Assembly: GCA_938092135.1 (NCBI GenBank)
Contig: CALLJL010000017.1
Span: 62,259 to 126,258, forward strand
Source: an uncultured bacterium
Lineage (GTDB): Bacteria; Acidobacteriota; Aminicenantia; Aminicenantales; CALLJL01
DNA length: 64,000 nucleotides
Direction of reading: 5' to 3'
The position numbers were made by a program, and so were the translations under genes. Positions 38,110 to 50,190 of the stretch are shown here, piece after piece (the first letter of the stretch is position 1; each line of letters opens with the position of its first letter). Under the pieces are notes generated by a model that was not told the DNA's origin, did not search any database, and was given only the letters and a program-made list of their open reading frames with translations.

Positions 38110-38871
38110 GTGATTACCTTTCCCACAATCATAGGAGCTTTGATTCTTCTTTACATTCTCAATTCCATTAAGATTCTAAGGGAATATGAAAGAGGAGTCA
38201 TTTTTCGTCTCGGAAGAGCTTTACCCAGGCCAAAAGGACCAGGAATTATTCTTGTTTTCGCTCCCATTGACCGCATGGTTAGAGTTAGTCTTCGACTCGT
38301 CACTATGGATATTCCCCCTCAAGATGTTATTACCAGAGATAATGTTTCAGTCAAGGTTAATGCGGTCGTATATTTTCGGGTCATGGATCCTTTAAAGGCA
38401 ATTATTGAAGTTCAGGATTATCTTTATGCGACTTCCCAGCTCGCTCAAACCACGCTGAGAAGTGTCTTAGGAGAGGTTGAGCTTGATGAGCTTCTGGCTG
38501 AAAGAGAGAAGCTCAATACCAAGCTTCAGGAAATAATCGATCGGCAAACTGACCCGTGGGGCATAAAGGTTCAATTAGTGGAAATTAAACATGTGGATCT
38601 TCCTGATACCATGATTAGAGCTATTGCCCGCCAAGCTGAAGCTGAAAGAGAAAGAAGGGCAAAAATTATTCATGCCGATGGTGAATTCCAAGCCGCCGAA
38701 AAACTCACCCAGGCAGCTACCATCCTTTCCCAGAATCCCACTGCCCTTCAATTGCGTTTTCTGGGAACTTTGACTGAAATCGCCAGTGAAAAAAGTTCAA
38801 CTATAATTTTCCCCTTACCTATTGAGCTCTTGAGGGCTTTCACCTGGAGAGAACAGAAACCTCAAAGCTGA
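38110..38871 (+). CDS. SPFH/band-7 (stomatin-like) protein
   Basis: Band-7 core. This is the classic NfeD-stomatin gene pair. Confidence 0.85.
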   Translation: MITFPTIIGALILLYILNSIKILREYERGVIFRLGRALPRPKGPGIILVFAPIDRMVRVSLRLVTMDIPPQDVITRDNVSVKVNAVVYFRVMDPLKAIIEVQDYLYATSQLAQTTLRSVLGEVELDELLAEREKLNTKLQEIIDRQTDPWGIKVQLVEIKHVDLPDTMIRAIARQAEAERERRAKIIHADGEFQAAEKLTQAATILSQNPTALQLRFLGTLTEIASEKSSTIIFPLPIELLRAFTWREQKPQS

Positions 38872-38872
38872 A

Positions 38873-39514
38873 ATGAAAACAAAGCAAATTAGAGAACTCC
38901 AGGTTTCGAGTTCTCAGTTGGCCCTAATTTTCCTGTCTATTCTTGGGGTTGCCATTGTAATTTTTCTTTTAGGCGTTTCTGTAGGTAAAAAATATAGAGA
39001 ATCTCAATTTGAAGCCTCAGAACATAAGGCTACCGCCTTGCCTAAGGTAAAGACTTTATCTTCTGATATTCTCCCTGAAAAAAAAGCTGAATCGAGCTTG
39101 GTCGCTGAAAAAATAGCTGAGCCTGAGCTGCAAACGCAAGTTCAAAAAACTACATCAGAGCCAAAGAAACTCCTTGAAACTCCACCGGCCAACAAAGAAA
39201 TAAAGGCAGAGAAACCTGAATTTAAGCCACCCATTAAGGTCATGCAGGAGATTAAAATTGCCCAACCGAGCCCCCAGAATTATTTTGTTCAGATAGCTGC
39301 TTTTAGCCGGAAAGAGGCTTGCAATTCTGTGGTTCAAGAATTAAAAAAAGCTGGCTATCAGACAGTTGTTCTTGATCCTTTTCCTAACGATAAAACGCCT
39401 TTATATCGGATAAGAATAGGTCCATTTAGCTCCGAAAAAGAAGCTGAAGCTGCTCGAAACAAAGTAAGGACATTAATTCCAGCTGCATCTAAAGCCTTTA
39501 TCGTTCGCTATTAA
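38873..39514 (+). CDS. SPOR-domain protein
   Basis: C-terminal SPOR repeat (YFVQIAAFSRKEA...YRIRIGPFSSEKEAEAA). Confidence 0.65.
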   Translation: MKTKQIRELQVSSSQLALIFLSILGVAIVIFLLGVSVGKKYRESQFEASEHKATALPKVKTLSSDILPEKKAESSLVAEKIAEPELQTQVQKTTSEPKKLLETPPANKEIKAEKPEFKPPIKVMQEIKIAQPSPQNYFVQIAAFSRKEACNSVVQELKKAGYQTVVLDPFPNDKTPLYRIRIGPFSSEKEAEAARNKVRTLIPAASKAFIVRY

Positions 39515-39680
39515 GAATCTGGCTGATTAATCCAATTCTAAAATTTATATAAAACTTTTTAAATCAATTTAAATTTAAAAATTTATTCTTTTTAATTGAG
39601 GCTTCAGTATAAAGCTTAAAAGGATTTATTTTAAAATTGGATTGAAATAACCCAAAAAAGAAAGCAGAATATAAAATTCG

Positions 39681-41201
39681 ATGAGAAGGAATATTCCCTC
39701 GCTCTGGCTAGCCATAGTTTCAGGAATTTTGGCGGCTTTAGCCTTTCCAAAGTTTAATTTCAATTTCTTAATCTGGATTGCTCTAATCCCTCTTTTTTTC
39801 ATTCTTTATCAATCGGGCCAAAAAAAAGCTTTTTTGGCTGGTTGGCTGGCGGGCCTTAGCTTTTATGGTCTCCTTCTTTATTGGATTCCCTATGTTCCGG
39901 CCCATTATGGTAACCTATCCCCTTTTCTAAGTTTCATCATTTACTTGATTTTTATTTCATTCCTGGCTCTTTTCTGGGCTCTGTTCTCGTGGCTACAGGC
40001 GAGACTCAATCAATATTTTCACAGTTTAGCTTATCTTCTGGCAGGCCTCCTTTGGGTTTCCTTTGAGTATATTCTAACCTTTTTTTTAACTGGTTTTCCC
40101 TGGGGTTTGCTTGGCTATGCCCAGGCTCAAAATTTACCTCTTATTCAAATATCAACGATAACGGGAGTTTATGGAGTTTCCTTTCTCATTGTCCTTGTGT
40201 CGGCTTCTTTTGTTCAATCATTTCTCACTCGAAAAAAATCTCCCTTTTTTTTGAGCCTAACCTTAGTATTGTCTCTACACCTCATCGGTTTTCTCCAATT
40301 GAAAAAGCCCATATATTCTTCCTTTTCGGAGTTTAAAGCGGCTGTGATCCAGGGCAATGTTTCCTCCGATGTTTATTGGGATTTTACTCCTGAGACTGAA
40401 ATTGAAAGGCTTTTTGAGCACCACCTAAATCTTTCCCAAGAGGCTATAAATCGGGGAGCAACTTTTGTCGTCTGGCCCGAATTTTCAGTCCCTCTTTGCT
40501 TTAGCTGTCCTGAAGAAAGGTATGTTAACTTCAGGCAAAGGCTCGAAAATTTGGTTAAAGAGACAAAAGCTACTTTGCTTCTTGGAACAAACGAAAGATC
40601 TGCCGGGCCTGAAGAGACTGAATTCTACAATACGGCTCTTTGTTTGAACCCCGATCTTTCCTTTTCCACCTATTACAAAATGCATCTTGTTCCCTTTGGT
40701 GAATATGTTCCATATAAAAAAATTTTTTATTTTATTGAAAAAGTCACCCATGCCATCGGTGATGTAACTCCAGGAAAGGAACACCGTCTCCATAACTTTC
40801 AAGGTTTGGCTTTTGGTTCACCCATCTGTTACGAAATAATTTTCCCTGATCTCGTTAGAAAATTTGTCGCTAAGGGGGCAACTTTTCTGGTAACTATTAC
40901 TAATGATGGCTGGTATGGCCGATCTTCAGCCCCATATCAGCATTTTCAAATTGCCCTTTTCCGGGCGGTGGAAAATCGGCGATATTTACTCCGTTCAGCA
41001 ACAACAGGCATAAGCGGAATAATCGATCCCTATGGCCGGGTCATTGAGCGCTCCAAATTGATGACAGTTGATTGTCTTGTTGCTTCGATCAAACCTCTAA
41101 AAAACTTGACCTTCTATTCCCGTTATGGCGACATCTGGAGCTGGTTCAGCTTGACTTTAAGCTTGCTTCTCGTTATTCTTTCTTTGTTAAAAAAACGATG
41201 A
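39681..41201 (+). CDS. lnt: Apolipoprotein N-acyltransferase
   Basis: N-terminal transmembrane region plus a CN-hydrolase domain with the E/K/C triad (WPEFS, KMHLVPFGEYVP, PICYEI). Confidence 0.85.
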   Translation: MRRNIPSLWLAIVSGILAALAFPKFNFNFLIWIALIPLFFILYQSGQKKAFLAGWLAGLSFYGLLLYWIPYVPAHYGNLSPFLSFIIYLIFISFLALFWALFSWLQARLNQYFHSLAYLLAGLLWVSFEYILTFFLTGFPWGLLGYAQAQNLPLIQISTITGVYGVSFLIVLVSASFVQSFLTRKKSPFFLSLTLVLSLHLIGFLQLKKPIYSSFSEFKAAVIQGNVSSDVYWDFTPETEIERLFEHHLNLSQEAINRGATFVVWPEFSVPLCFSCPEERYVNFRQRLENLVKETKATLLLGTNERSAGPEETEFYNTALCLNPDLSFSTYYKMHLVPFGEYVPYKKIFYFIEKVTHAIGDVTPGKEHRLHNFQGLAFGSPICYEIIFPDLVRKFVAKGATFLVTITNDGWYGRSSAPYQHFQIALFRAVENRRYLLRSATTGISGIIDPYGRVIERSKLMTVDCLVASIKPLKNLTFYSRYGDIWSWFSLTLSLLLVILSLLKKR

Positions 41202-42350
41202 TGAAAGAAGAAAGTATCAAAAAAACCCAATTGCCAGATCTTCTCGTTCGCTTAAAAGAAGCTTTAGCTAGGTTTGACGAAGTTAGAGGTTTTCTTTGAC
41301 CCAGAGGCGAAAGAAAAAGAAATTGCCTCTATAAATCAAGAGCTTAATCAGCCGGAAATCTGGAAGAATTCCAGTAAATACCAGTTTTTGCAACAGACTA
41401 AAAAGCGTCTCGAAAAAGATTTAAGTTCCTATTATCGTCTTCAGGAAAAAAAAGAAGAGCTTGAGGTCCTCGCCGAACTTGCCCATGAAGGGGAAAATGT
41501 TGAGGAAGAAATACAAAAGACGCTAACTACCTTTGAAAAAGAAATTGAAGAGGCTGAGCTTAGAACCCTCTTTTTTGAAGCTGACGACGCCCGCAATGCG
41601 ATTCTGACAATCCATCCGGGAGCCGGAGGAACTGAGTCTCAGGATTGGGCTCAAATTCTCCTTCGTATGTATCTTCGCTATGCCGAAAGAAAAGGTTTTA
41701 AGACGGAAATTCTTGACCTTCTGGTTGGGGAAGAGGCTGGAATCAAAAGTGCGACCATTCGTATAGAAGGCGATTACGCCTATGGATACCTCCATCAAGA
41801 GTCAGGAGTTCATCGTCTTGTCCGCATCTCCCCCTTTGATGCCAACAAGCGCCGCCATACCTCTTTTGCCGCTGTTTTTGTTTATCCTGAGGTTGAGGAA
41901 GATATTGAGATTGAAATAAATCCAGAGGATTTGAAAATAGAAACTTTTCGGGCTTCAGGTCATGGCGGCCAGCATGTCAATGTCACCGATTCAGCTGTTC
42001 GCATTACCCATCTGCCAACGGGTATTGTGGTTCAGTGTCAGAATGAAAGATCCCAGCATAAAAATAAAGCTATGGCCATGAAAATTTTAAGAGCGAGACT
42101 TTATGAATATGAAAAGAAAAAACAGCTCGAGAAATGGGAGAAAATCGAAGCCAGCAAGACTGAAATTGCCTGGGGCAACCAGATTCGTTCCTACGTGCTT
42201 CATCCTTACAAATTGATTAAAGATTTGAGGACTAAAGTTGAAACTTCCGATGTTGACAGCGTTCTCGATGGTGACCTCGATGAATTCATCAAAGCCAGTC
42301 TTATCTGGCGAAAGAAAAACATGAGCCAGATAACGAATAAAAATAAATAA
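41198..42350 (+). CDS. prfB: Peptide chain release factor 2, with a programmed +1 frameshift at CTT TGA C (41294-41300)
   Basis: Frame 0 reads MMKEESIKKTQLPDLLVRLKEALARFDEVRGFL and then TGA. The +1 frame continues DPEAKEK...SGQHVNVTDSAVRITHLPTGIVVQCQNERSQHKN. An SD-like AGAGGT lies 3 nt upstream of CTT. Confidence 0.9.
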
Positions 42351-43157
42351 TTATTCTTTTAAAGACTTCTCCCTTTTTTTTATCTCTTCCCAAATTTCAT
42401 CCATTTCCTGGAGATTGGCCTGCCCCAGTTCTTTACCTCTGCTTTTTAAAATTTTTCGGAGCCAATTAAAGCGACGCCTGAATTTCTGATTAGCCTGCCT
42501 TAAGGCTAATTCGGGATTAACTCCCTTAAGACGGCAGACATTGACCAAAGAAAAAAGGAAATCGCCTATTTCTTCTCTAAATATTTTTTCATCGGCGGAA
42601 TAAATTCCAGCCTTAAGCTCAACCAATTCCTCTTCTAGTTTTTCTAAGGCTGCTTCAGCCGAGGGCCAATCAAAGCCAAACTGAGCGGCTCGTCGGCCAA
42701 GGAAAAAGGCTTCAAGAAGAGCTGGCATTTCCCTAAAAATGCCCCCTAGGGGATCCTCTCTTGCTTTTTCTCTGATTTTAGCTTTTGACCACTCATTTCT
42801 TACCTCTTGAGCACTTTCAAGCTTGGCTGATCCAAAAACGTGGGGATGGCGGCTGATCATTTTCTGGTTGATACCCTCAAGGACTCGATTTAAATCAAAC
42901 AATCTCTTTTCCTCATAAATTCGAGCTAAAAAGACTATTTCCATGAGAACATCACCAAGTTCTTCGGCTACCTCTTCAGGCTTGCCTTCTAAAATGGCTG
43001 CAGCCAGTTCATAAGCTTCTTCCAGGAAAAAATTAAGGATCGACTTTTCATCCTGAATTCTGTCCCAAGGACATCCTTTTTCACTTCGCAAAGTGGCCAT
43101 AATATTAACAAGCTGATCAAATTTTTCCGCCACGCTTGAACCTGGCGCCATAATCAC
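42351..43157 (-). CDS. mazG: MazG nucleoside triphosphate pyrophosphohydrolase
   Basis: Two MazG EExxE-type motifs (EEAYELAAAI, EELGDVLMEIVF). Confidence 0.85.
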   Translation of the reverse strand: MIMAPGSSVAEKFDQLVNIMATLRSEKGCPWDRIQDEKSILNFFLEEAYELAAAILEGKPEEVAEELGDVLMEIVFLARIYEEKRLFDLNRVLEGINQKMISRHPHVFGSAKLESAQEVRNEWSKAKIREKAREDPLGGIFREMPALLEAFFLGRRAAQFGFDWPSAEAALEKLEEELVELKAGIYSADEKIFREEIGDFLFSLVNVCRLKGVNPELALRQANQKFRRRFNWLRKILKSRGKELGQANLQEMDEIWEEIKKREKSLKE

Positions 43158-43269
43158 CTCCTTGAATTGGTCCTTAAGAAGAGCTATTATATTTATCTAA
43201 TAAATCAACCTAAAATAATTAAAAATCATATTCTCCTAAAAATTCCAGTAGAAAAAAACGGAAATAATT

Positions 43270-43566
43270 ATGGGGGCCGAAAAAGAAAAGGAAGAAAAGG
43301 AACAATTCCTTCCGCCTCTTGAATTTAGTTCCATAGTTATGCCCCTTTATACGCAAGCCCTTGTCAGTTTAGGCATGCTGACTGATCCAAAAACTGGAAA
43401 TAAAAATGAAAACCTAAAACTGGCGCAGCGACTCATCGATCTGCTCGATCTTTTAAAAGATAGGACTCAGGGACGGTTAAAAGCGGAAGAAGAGGAATTC
43501 CTCTCAACCTGTCTTTACCAGCTAAAATGGCATTATCTCGAAAAAATAAAATATATAAAAACCTAA
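43270..43566 (+). CDS. DUF1844-like small protein
   Basis: The pattern F..L..SLGMLTDPKTGNKNENL..AQRLIDLL..L matches the DUF1844 consensus as recalled from memory. Confidence 0.4.
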   Translation: MGAEKEKEEKEQFLPPLEFSSIVMPLYTQALVSLGMLTDPKTGNKNENLKLAQRLIDLLDLLKDRTQGRLKAEEEEFLSTCLYQLKWHYLEKIKYIKT

Positions 43567-43571
43567 ACACC

Positions 43572-44492
43572 ATGAGAATTTTCACTTCCCTTGATGAAAA
43601 CTTTGTTTCCTTAGGGTCAACTGCTGTCGCCATTGGTAATTTTGATGGCTTACATTTAGGCCATCAAAAAATTATTAAAACTTTAGTTAGCGAGGCTAAG
43701 GAACTTGGTCTAAAATCGGTTGTTTTAACCTTTTCTCCCCATCCAGAAAAAATTTTAGGCCAGGAAACTATCCGGATGATCCAAACAATCAACCAACGCC
43801 TTGAAGGTTTAAAAGGCCTTGGAGTTGAAGCCGCTCTGGTCATTCCTTTTAACGATCATTTTTTCCGACTTCAACCAGAGGAATTTATTCAGGAAATATT
43901 GATTTTTCGTCTTCAGGCCAAACTGGTAGTTGTCGGCAAAGATTTTCGCTTTGGTTATGGCCGCCAAGGAAACCCAGATTATCTCGCCGAGGCTGGAAAA
44001 AAATCTGGCTTTAAAGTTAAGATAATTCCTCCTGTAATGATCAATAATGAAGTTGTTAGCAGCAGTTTAATTCGGACCATGCTCGAAAAGGGTCAAGTAG
44101 ATAAAGCAGCTATTTACCTTGGGCATCCCTATGAAATTGAGGGTACTGTGGTTCAGGGTGATTCAAGGGGTCAAATCTTGGGCATACCCACAGCTAATAT
44201 TGCCCCAAGAAATGAGATCTTACCCTCAGGGGTTTTTATTACTGAAAGCGAAATTCAGGATAAACTTTTTCCATCAGTAACCAACATAGGTAAAAGACCT
44301 ACCATTAGCTCATCATCTCAGACCATGGAGTCCCATCTTCTGAACTTCAGGGGGACAATTTACGGCCAAGAAATCAAAACCAAACTGCTCAAGAAAATAA
44401 GAGACGAAAGAAAATTTCCCGACCTTGAATCCCTGCGCCAGCAAATCCTCCAGGATATCGAACAGGCCCGTCAGTTCTGGGCTAAGAGGTAA
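43572..44492 (+). CDS. ribF: Bifunctional riboflavin kinase / FMN adenylyltransferase
   Basis: VAIGNFDGLHLGHQ motif and a C-terminal riboflavin kinase domain. The start is taken as the ATG at 43572. Confidence 0.85.
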   Translation: MRIFTSLDENFVSLGSTAVAIGNFDGLHLGHQKIIKTLVSEAKELGLKSVVLTFSPHPEKILGQETIRMIQTINQRLEGLKGLGVEAALVIPFNDHFFRLQPEEFIQEILIFRLQAKLVVVGKDFRFGYGRQGNPDYLAEAGKKSGFKVKIIPPVMINNEVVSSSLIRTMLEKGQVDKAAIYLGHPYEIEGTVVQGDSRGQILGIPTANIAPRNEILPSGVFITESEIQDKLFPSVTNIGKRPTISSSSQTMESHLLNFRGTIYGQEIKTKLLKKIRDERKFPDLESLRQQILQDIEQARQFWAKR

Positions 44493-44565
44493 ATCTTCAG
44501 ACATGATAGCCCCTCTTTCTTGACTTTTTAAATTAGATATAGCATTTTATCGGCAAACCATCTGA

Positions 44566-46089
<1,524 letters not shown>

Positions 46090-46106
<17 letters not shown>

Positions 46107-47367
46107 GAATGGCCGGGTAATTGATCCAGCCTCAAAAACCGACGAAACCTTAGATATCCTGATTGAGAATGGTCAGATTGCGGCCATCGATTCTCGAATC
46201 GATATAAAAGATGCTGAAATAGTTGATGCCTCCCGTTTGGTTGTGGCCCCCGGTTTTATCGATATGCATGTACATTTAAGAGAACCAGGTCAAGAATATA
46301 AGGAAGATATTGCCAGTGGCTCTTTAGCGGCAGCTAGAGGCGGTTTTACTTCTATTTGTTGCATGCCTAATACCAGGCCACCTAATGATAATAGCGGTAT
46401 AACTGAATACCTTTTGACTGAAGCCAAAAAAAGGGCAGTGGTTAATATTTTCCCCATAGCGGCCATCACCCGTGGTCTCGCCGGCGAAGAGCTTACTGAT
46501 ATGGCTGACTTGAGTCAGGCCGGGGCCGTAGCTTTCTCTGATGATGGCCAGCCCCTATCTAATAGTTTGGTTATGCGCCGAGCTCTTGAATACAGTCTAC
46601 TTCTGGATAAATTAATCATCGACCATTGTGAAGATAAGAATCTTTCGGCCGGCGGAGCAATGCATGAAGGGGAAATATCAATTCGTCTTGGCCTTCCCGG
46701 TATACCTGCAGCAGCTGAGGAAATAATGATCGCCCGAGATCTCATTCTCGCCGAATCAACCCGAAGCCGCATCCACATCGCCCATATTAGCACAAAAGGC
46801 GGCATCGAGCTTGTTCGTTTGGCCAAGAAAAAAGGAATAAATATCACCGCCGAAGTTACTCCCCATCATCTCATCCTTTCCGATGAATATTTAGTTAATT
46901 ATGACCCTAACTTCAAGGTTAACCCTCCTTTACGCAGTCAAGAGCACCGGCAGGCCCTTATTGAAGGCCTTAAAGATGGAACAATTGACACTATCGCTAC
47001 TGATCATGCTCCCCATGCCCCTGAAGAAAAGGAGGTTGAATTTGACCAAGCCCCCTTTGGTCTGATTGGCCTGGAAACAGCTGTTTCTTTGATGCTTGAT
47101 CGCTTTGTCCACAAGAATATAATTTCCTTAGAAAAGCTGATTCACCTTATGTCTTTTCAACCAGCCCAGCTTCTCAAGCTTAAAAACAAGGGAAGAATTG
47201 CCATTGGGGCCGACGCTGATCTAACCATTCTTAATCTTCGAAAAGAGGTGGTGGTTGATGTTAATAAGTTTGCCTCTAAGAGCCGCAATTGTCCCTTCCA
47301 TGGCTGGAAGCTTCGGGGATCGGTAGCTATGACAATAGTAGGGGGAAAAATCGTTTATCGAGCCTGA
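46090..47367 (+). CDS. pyrC: Dihydroorotase
   Basis: [10 protein letters not shown] motif. The start is probably the GTG at 46090, which overlaps the pyrB stop. Confidence 0.8.
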
Positions 47368-47378
47368 AATTAATCATA

Positions 47379-48137
47379 ATGTCTGTTTCAACTGGAGATA
47401 AACTCAAAAATTTGCAAAAACGGCTTGGATTTAATTTTTTTGATCCCTCTTTACTTCGCCAGGCTCTCACCCATAGCTCCTATGCTTATGAACATCCAGA
47501 GGAAGACTTGCGGGATAACGAGATTCTCGAATTTCTGGGGGATTCAGTCGTCGGTTTGATTATTGCCGATTACTTCTATCATCTTTATCCCGATTTTTCT
47601 GAGGGCGATTTGTCGAAATACAAATCCTTGGCGGCCAGCACTGACTTCTTAGCCAATCTGGCCCGCAAAATAGGTCTGAACAACTTTATTTTTTTGGGTA
47701 AGGGAGAAGAAAAAAGCGGTGGCCGCAAGAAAAAGACTATTTTGGCCGGCGCTTTTGAGGCCTTGATTGGGGCTATTTACCTTGATCGCGGATTTGAAGA
47801 GGCCAAAGCTTTTCTCTATCGTTTATTGCGACTTTTCTTCCAACAAAAAATTCTTCCTTCGAGGTTGATTAACAATTATAAATCGGCTTTGCAGGAACAT
47901 TTTCAAAAGGCAAAGCTTCCTCCTCCTCGATACCGAACAGTCAAAGAAACTGGACCTAATCACGATAAAAGCTTCTTAGTTGAAGTTTGTCTAGAAGATA
48001 TTCCTTTAGCCCGAGCCACGGGCTCCTCTAAAAAAGAGGCCGAGCAAAGAGCCGCTGAAAAGGCTCTTAAAGGCCTACTCGGCAAAAAATTAAAAGGCTT
48101 ACATCACAGGAGCTTCTCTTTTGAAAGCGAAGATTGA
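47379..48137 (+). CDS. rnc: Ribonuclease III
   Basis: NEILEFLGDSV signature and a C-terminal dsRBD. Confidence 0.85.
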   Translation: MSVSTGDKLKNLQKRLGFNFFDPSLLRQALTHSSYAYEHPEEDLRDNEILEFLGDSVVGLIIADYFYHLYPDFSEGDLSKYKSLAASTDFLANLARKIGLNNFIFLGKGEEKSGGRKKKTILAGAFEALIGAIYLDRGFEEAKAFLYRLLRLFFQQKILPSRLINNYKSALQEHFQKAKLPPPRYRTVKETGPNHDKSFLVEVCLEDIPLARATGSSKKEAEQRAAEKALKGLLGKKLKGLHHRSFSFESED

Positions 48138-48468
48138 TCTTTATGAATTTGGCCTAATGGTTATTGAGGGGCAGGAATACCGGCGCGATCTCATTATTTT
48201 GCCTGATCGAATCATCTATCCTTGGTGGCGACTTGAAGGCCATAGCCTCGATTTAGAGGACTTGAAAGATGCCTGGCAGGAAAAAGCAGATTTTCTCGTG
48301 GTTGGAACAGGAGCCTACGGCCTGATGAAAGTAAAAGAAACTGTTAAAAAAAAGGCTCTTGAACTTGGTCTAACTTTAATTATTCAACCGACTTATCAGG
48401 CCGTCGAAAGCTATAATCAAAATCTAAAGGTGGGAAAGGTCATCGGAGCCTTTCACTTAACTTGTTGA
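48121..48468 (+). CDS. Mth938-like domain protein
   Basis: 115 aa, with the pattern LIILPD...ADFLVVGTG typical of the Mth938/DUF498 fold. Confidence 0.45.
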   Translation: MKAKIDLYEFGLMVIEGQEYRRDLIILPDRIIYPWWRLEGHSLDLEDLKDAWQEKADFLVVGTGAYGLMKVKETVKKKALELGLTLIIQPTYQAVESYNQNLKVGKVIGAFHLTC

Positions 48469-48484
48469 TTGAAGGATAGAAAAA

Positions 48485-49108
48485 ATGGCTATGTGTCATC
48501 AATGCGGTCGAAGAAAAGCCAAGAGGCATTGTCCGGCTTTGAGAGCCGAACTCTGTCAGCTTTGCTGTGGAGAAATACGGCAAAAAAGAATAAATTGTCC
48601 ATCTTCCTGTCCTTATCTCAAGCATCAAACTTATCAGGAACAAAGAAAATGGGAAAAATTTAAAGGCCAAGCAAAAGAGACTTTATCCGATGAGAAATTG
48701 GCCTGGCTGGCCGCTCAAATCGAAATGGCCCTTTACCAAATTGCCAAGCATCAAAGGGACTTCAACGACTATGAGGCTTTTCGAATCCTTAGTAATGCCC
48801 GCGATAAAATTGCCGCTGGTGATAAAAGAATAATTCTTCCTAAGGAAAAAATTGAAGAAAAAACCAACCCTGCAGATCTCATTATTGAACTTATTAATAA
48901 AGCACGCTACGAAAAGGGACTCCTGCTTTCTGTCCCTTCTTCTGGATATAGTCGTGAAGAAAAATTGCGCTGTCTCGATGCTTTAATGGGCATAATTTAT
49001 GAAATCACTGGGGGGGATTTCAATCAGCAAATTTATCTTAAAGATCTGGCAAGAAGAGCTGAGAGGGCTAAAAAAGAGCAACGCAGCCAGAAAATCATTG
49101 TTCCTTAG
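48485..49108 (+). CDS. Cys-rich hypothetical protein (N-terminal zinc-ribbon-like)
   Basis: CHQCG...HCP...CQLCCG...CPSSCP. Confidence 0.4.
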   Translation: MAMCHQCGRRKAKRHCPALRAELCQLCCGEIRQKRINCPSSCPYLKHQTYQEQRKWEKFKGQAKETLSDEKLAWLAAQIEMALYQIAKHQRDFNDYEAFRILSNARDKIAAGDKRIILPKEKIEEKTNPADLIIELINKARYEKGLLLSVPSSGYSREEKLRCLDALMGIIYEITGGDFNQQIYLKDLARRAERAKKEQRSQKIIVP

Positions 49109-49166
49109 GTTAATTTCTTAAACCATAAAGGTTAAATTAAAGGAAAACTGTTATCTTTGATCTCAC

Positions 49167-50186
49167 CTATTTTCCAAGAAGGGAAGATAGGACTCGAAGA
49201 GAAGGAAAATGGTCAACCACAATTTTTATTGTCGCCAAGATAGGCACAGCTAGGATCATTCCAGGAATTCCCCATAGCCAGCCCCAGAAAAAAAGGAAAA
49301 AGAGAACAACCAAGGGGCTGAGACCCAAACTCTGGCCCATTATTTTTGGTTCAAGTATATTGGCCACGACAAAATCAGTAGCCACAAGCAAAAGGAAAAT
49401 CCAGAGGGCTCGCCAAAAACTACCAAACTGAAGAATTGCATAAAGGGAAGGCAAGATGATTGATATTATTGTACCAAGGCTAGGAATGTAATTAAGAATA
49501 AAGGCCAAAACTCCAAAAAGCAAGGCAAAATCGACTCCAAAAAGGGCTAATATGAAAGCCAACATTGATCCAGAAAAAAAACTAATAAGAGTTTTAATAA
49601 GAAGGTATTTTTGAATTTCTTTATCAATCTGATCGATCAGATTAGCTATAAATTGGGACCGTTCAGATTCTAAATATTTCAGAACCTTTAACTTCAATTT
49701 GCCTCGGCCAGCTAACATAAAAAAGAGGAAAACCAAAATTAGGAGCAGTTTTGTCAAAAAAGAAAAAAAGGTTCCAAGAGAGGCCAAAATAAAGTTGGCC
49801 AGTCGGTTAAAGTCTAGGTTTTCGAGCAAAGCATATCTTGAATAATTGATGCCTATTTCAATCATCTTTTTCTTAACCCATTCAAGAAAGAAGTTGAATT
49901 GATGGCTGTAAGTGGGAAGTTTATCCGCTAGGGCTTTCCCGCTTGCGTAGATTAAAATACCAAGGAAATAAAGAACTGTAAAAGCAATGGCCACAGAAAA
50001 AATAAGGGCAATTGAACGAGGAATTTTTAACCGAGCCGAAAGGTCGATCAAAGGAGAAAATAAAAAATATAAGAAAAGAGCGATAAAAAATGGGAAAAGC
50101 ACCGGCTTCGCTAAGCGGAGAATAAGACCACAGATGAAAATTAAAAGAAGAACTTCAATAATTAATCTTATAGGCTTTTCGGTCAT
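49167..50186 (-). CDS. AI-2E family transporter (UPF0118)
   Basis: About 340 aa, 7-8 transmembrane segments, and a C-terminal GIPGMILAVP. Confidence 0.65.
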   Translation of the reverse strand: MTEKPIRLIIEVLLLIFICGLILRLAKPVLFPFFIALFLYFLFSPLIDLSARLKIPRSIALIFSVAIAFTVLYFLGILIYASGKALADKLPTYSHQFNFFLEWVKKKMIEIGINYSRYALLENLDFNRLANFILASLGTFFSFLTKLLLILVFLFFMLAGRGKLKLKVLKYLESERSQFIANLIDQIDKEIQKYLLIKTLISFFSGSMLAFILALFGVDFALLFGVLAFILNYIPSLGTIISIILPSLYAILQFGSFWRALWIFLLLVATDFVVANILEPKIMGQSLGLSPLVVLFFLFFWGWLWGIPGMILAVPILATIKIVVDHFPSLRVLSSLLGK

Positions 50187-50190
50187 CCAG

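Noticed and set aside
41072-41299. Independent 75-aa gene overlapping the lnt 3' end
   Set aside because: Its last 33 codons are the frame-0 leader of prfB, ahead of the conserved CTT TGA C frameshift. The upstream part lies inside lnt.
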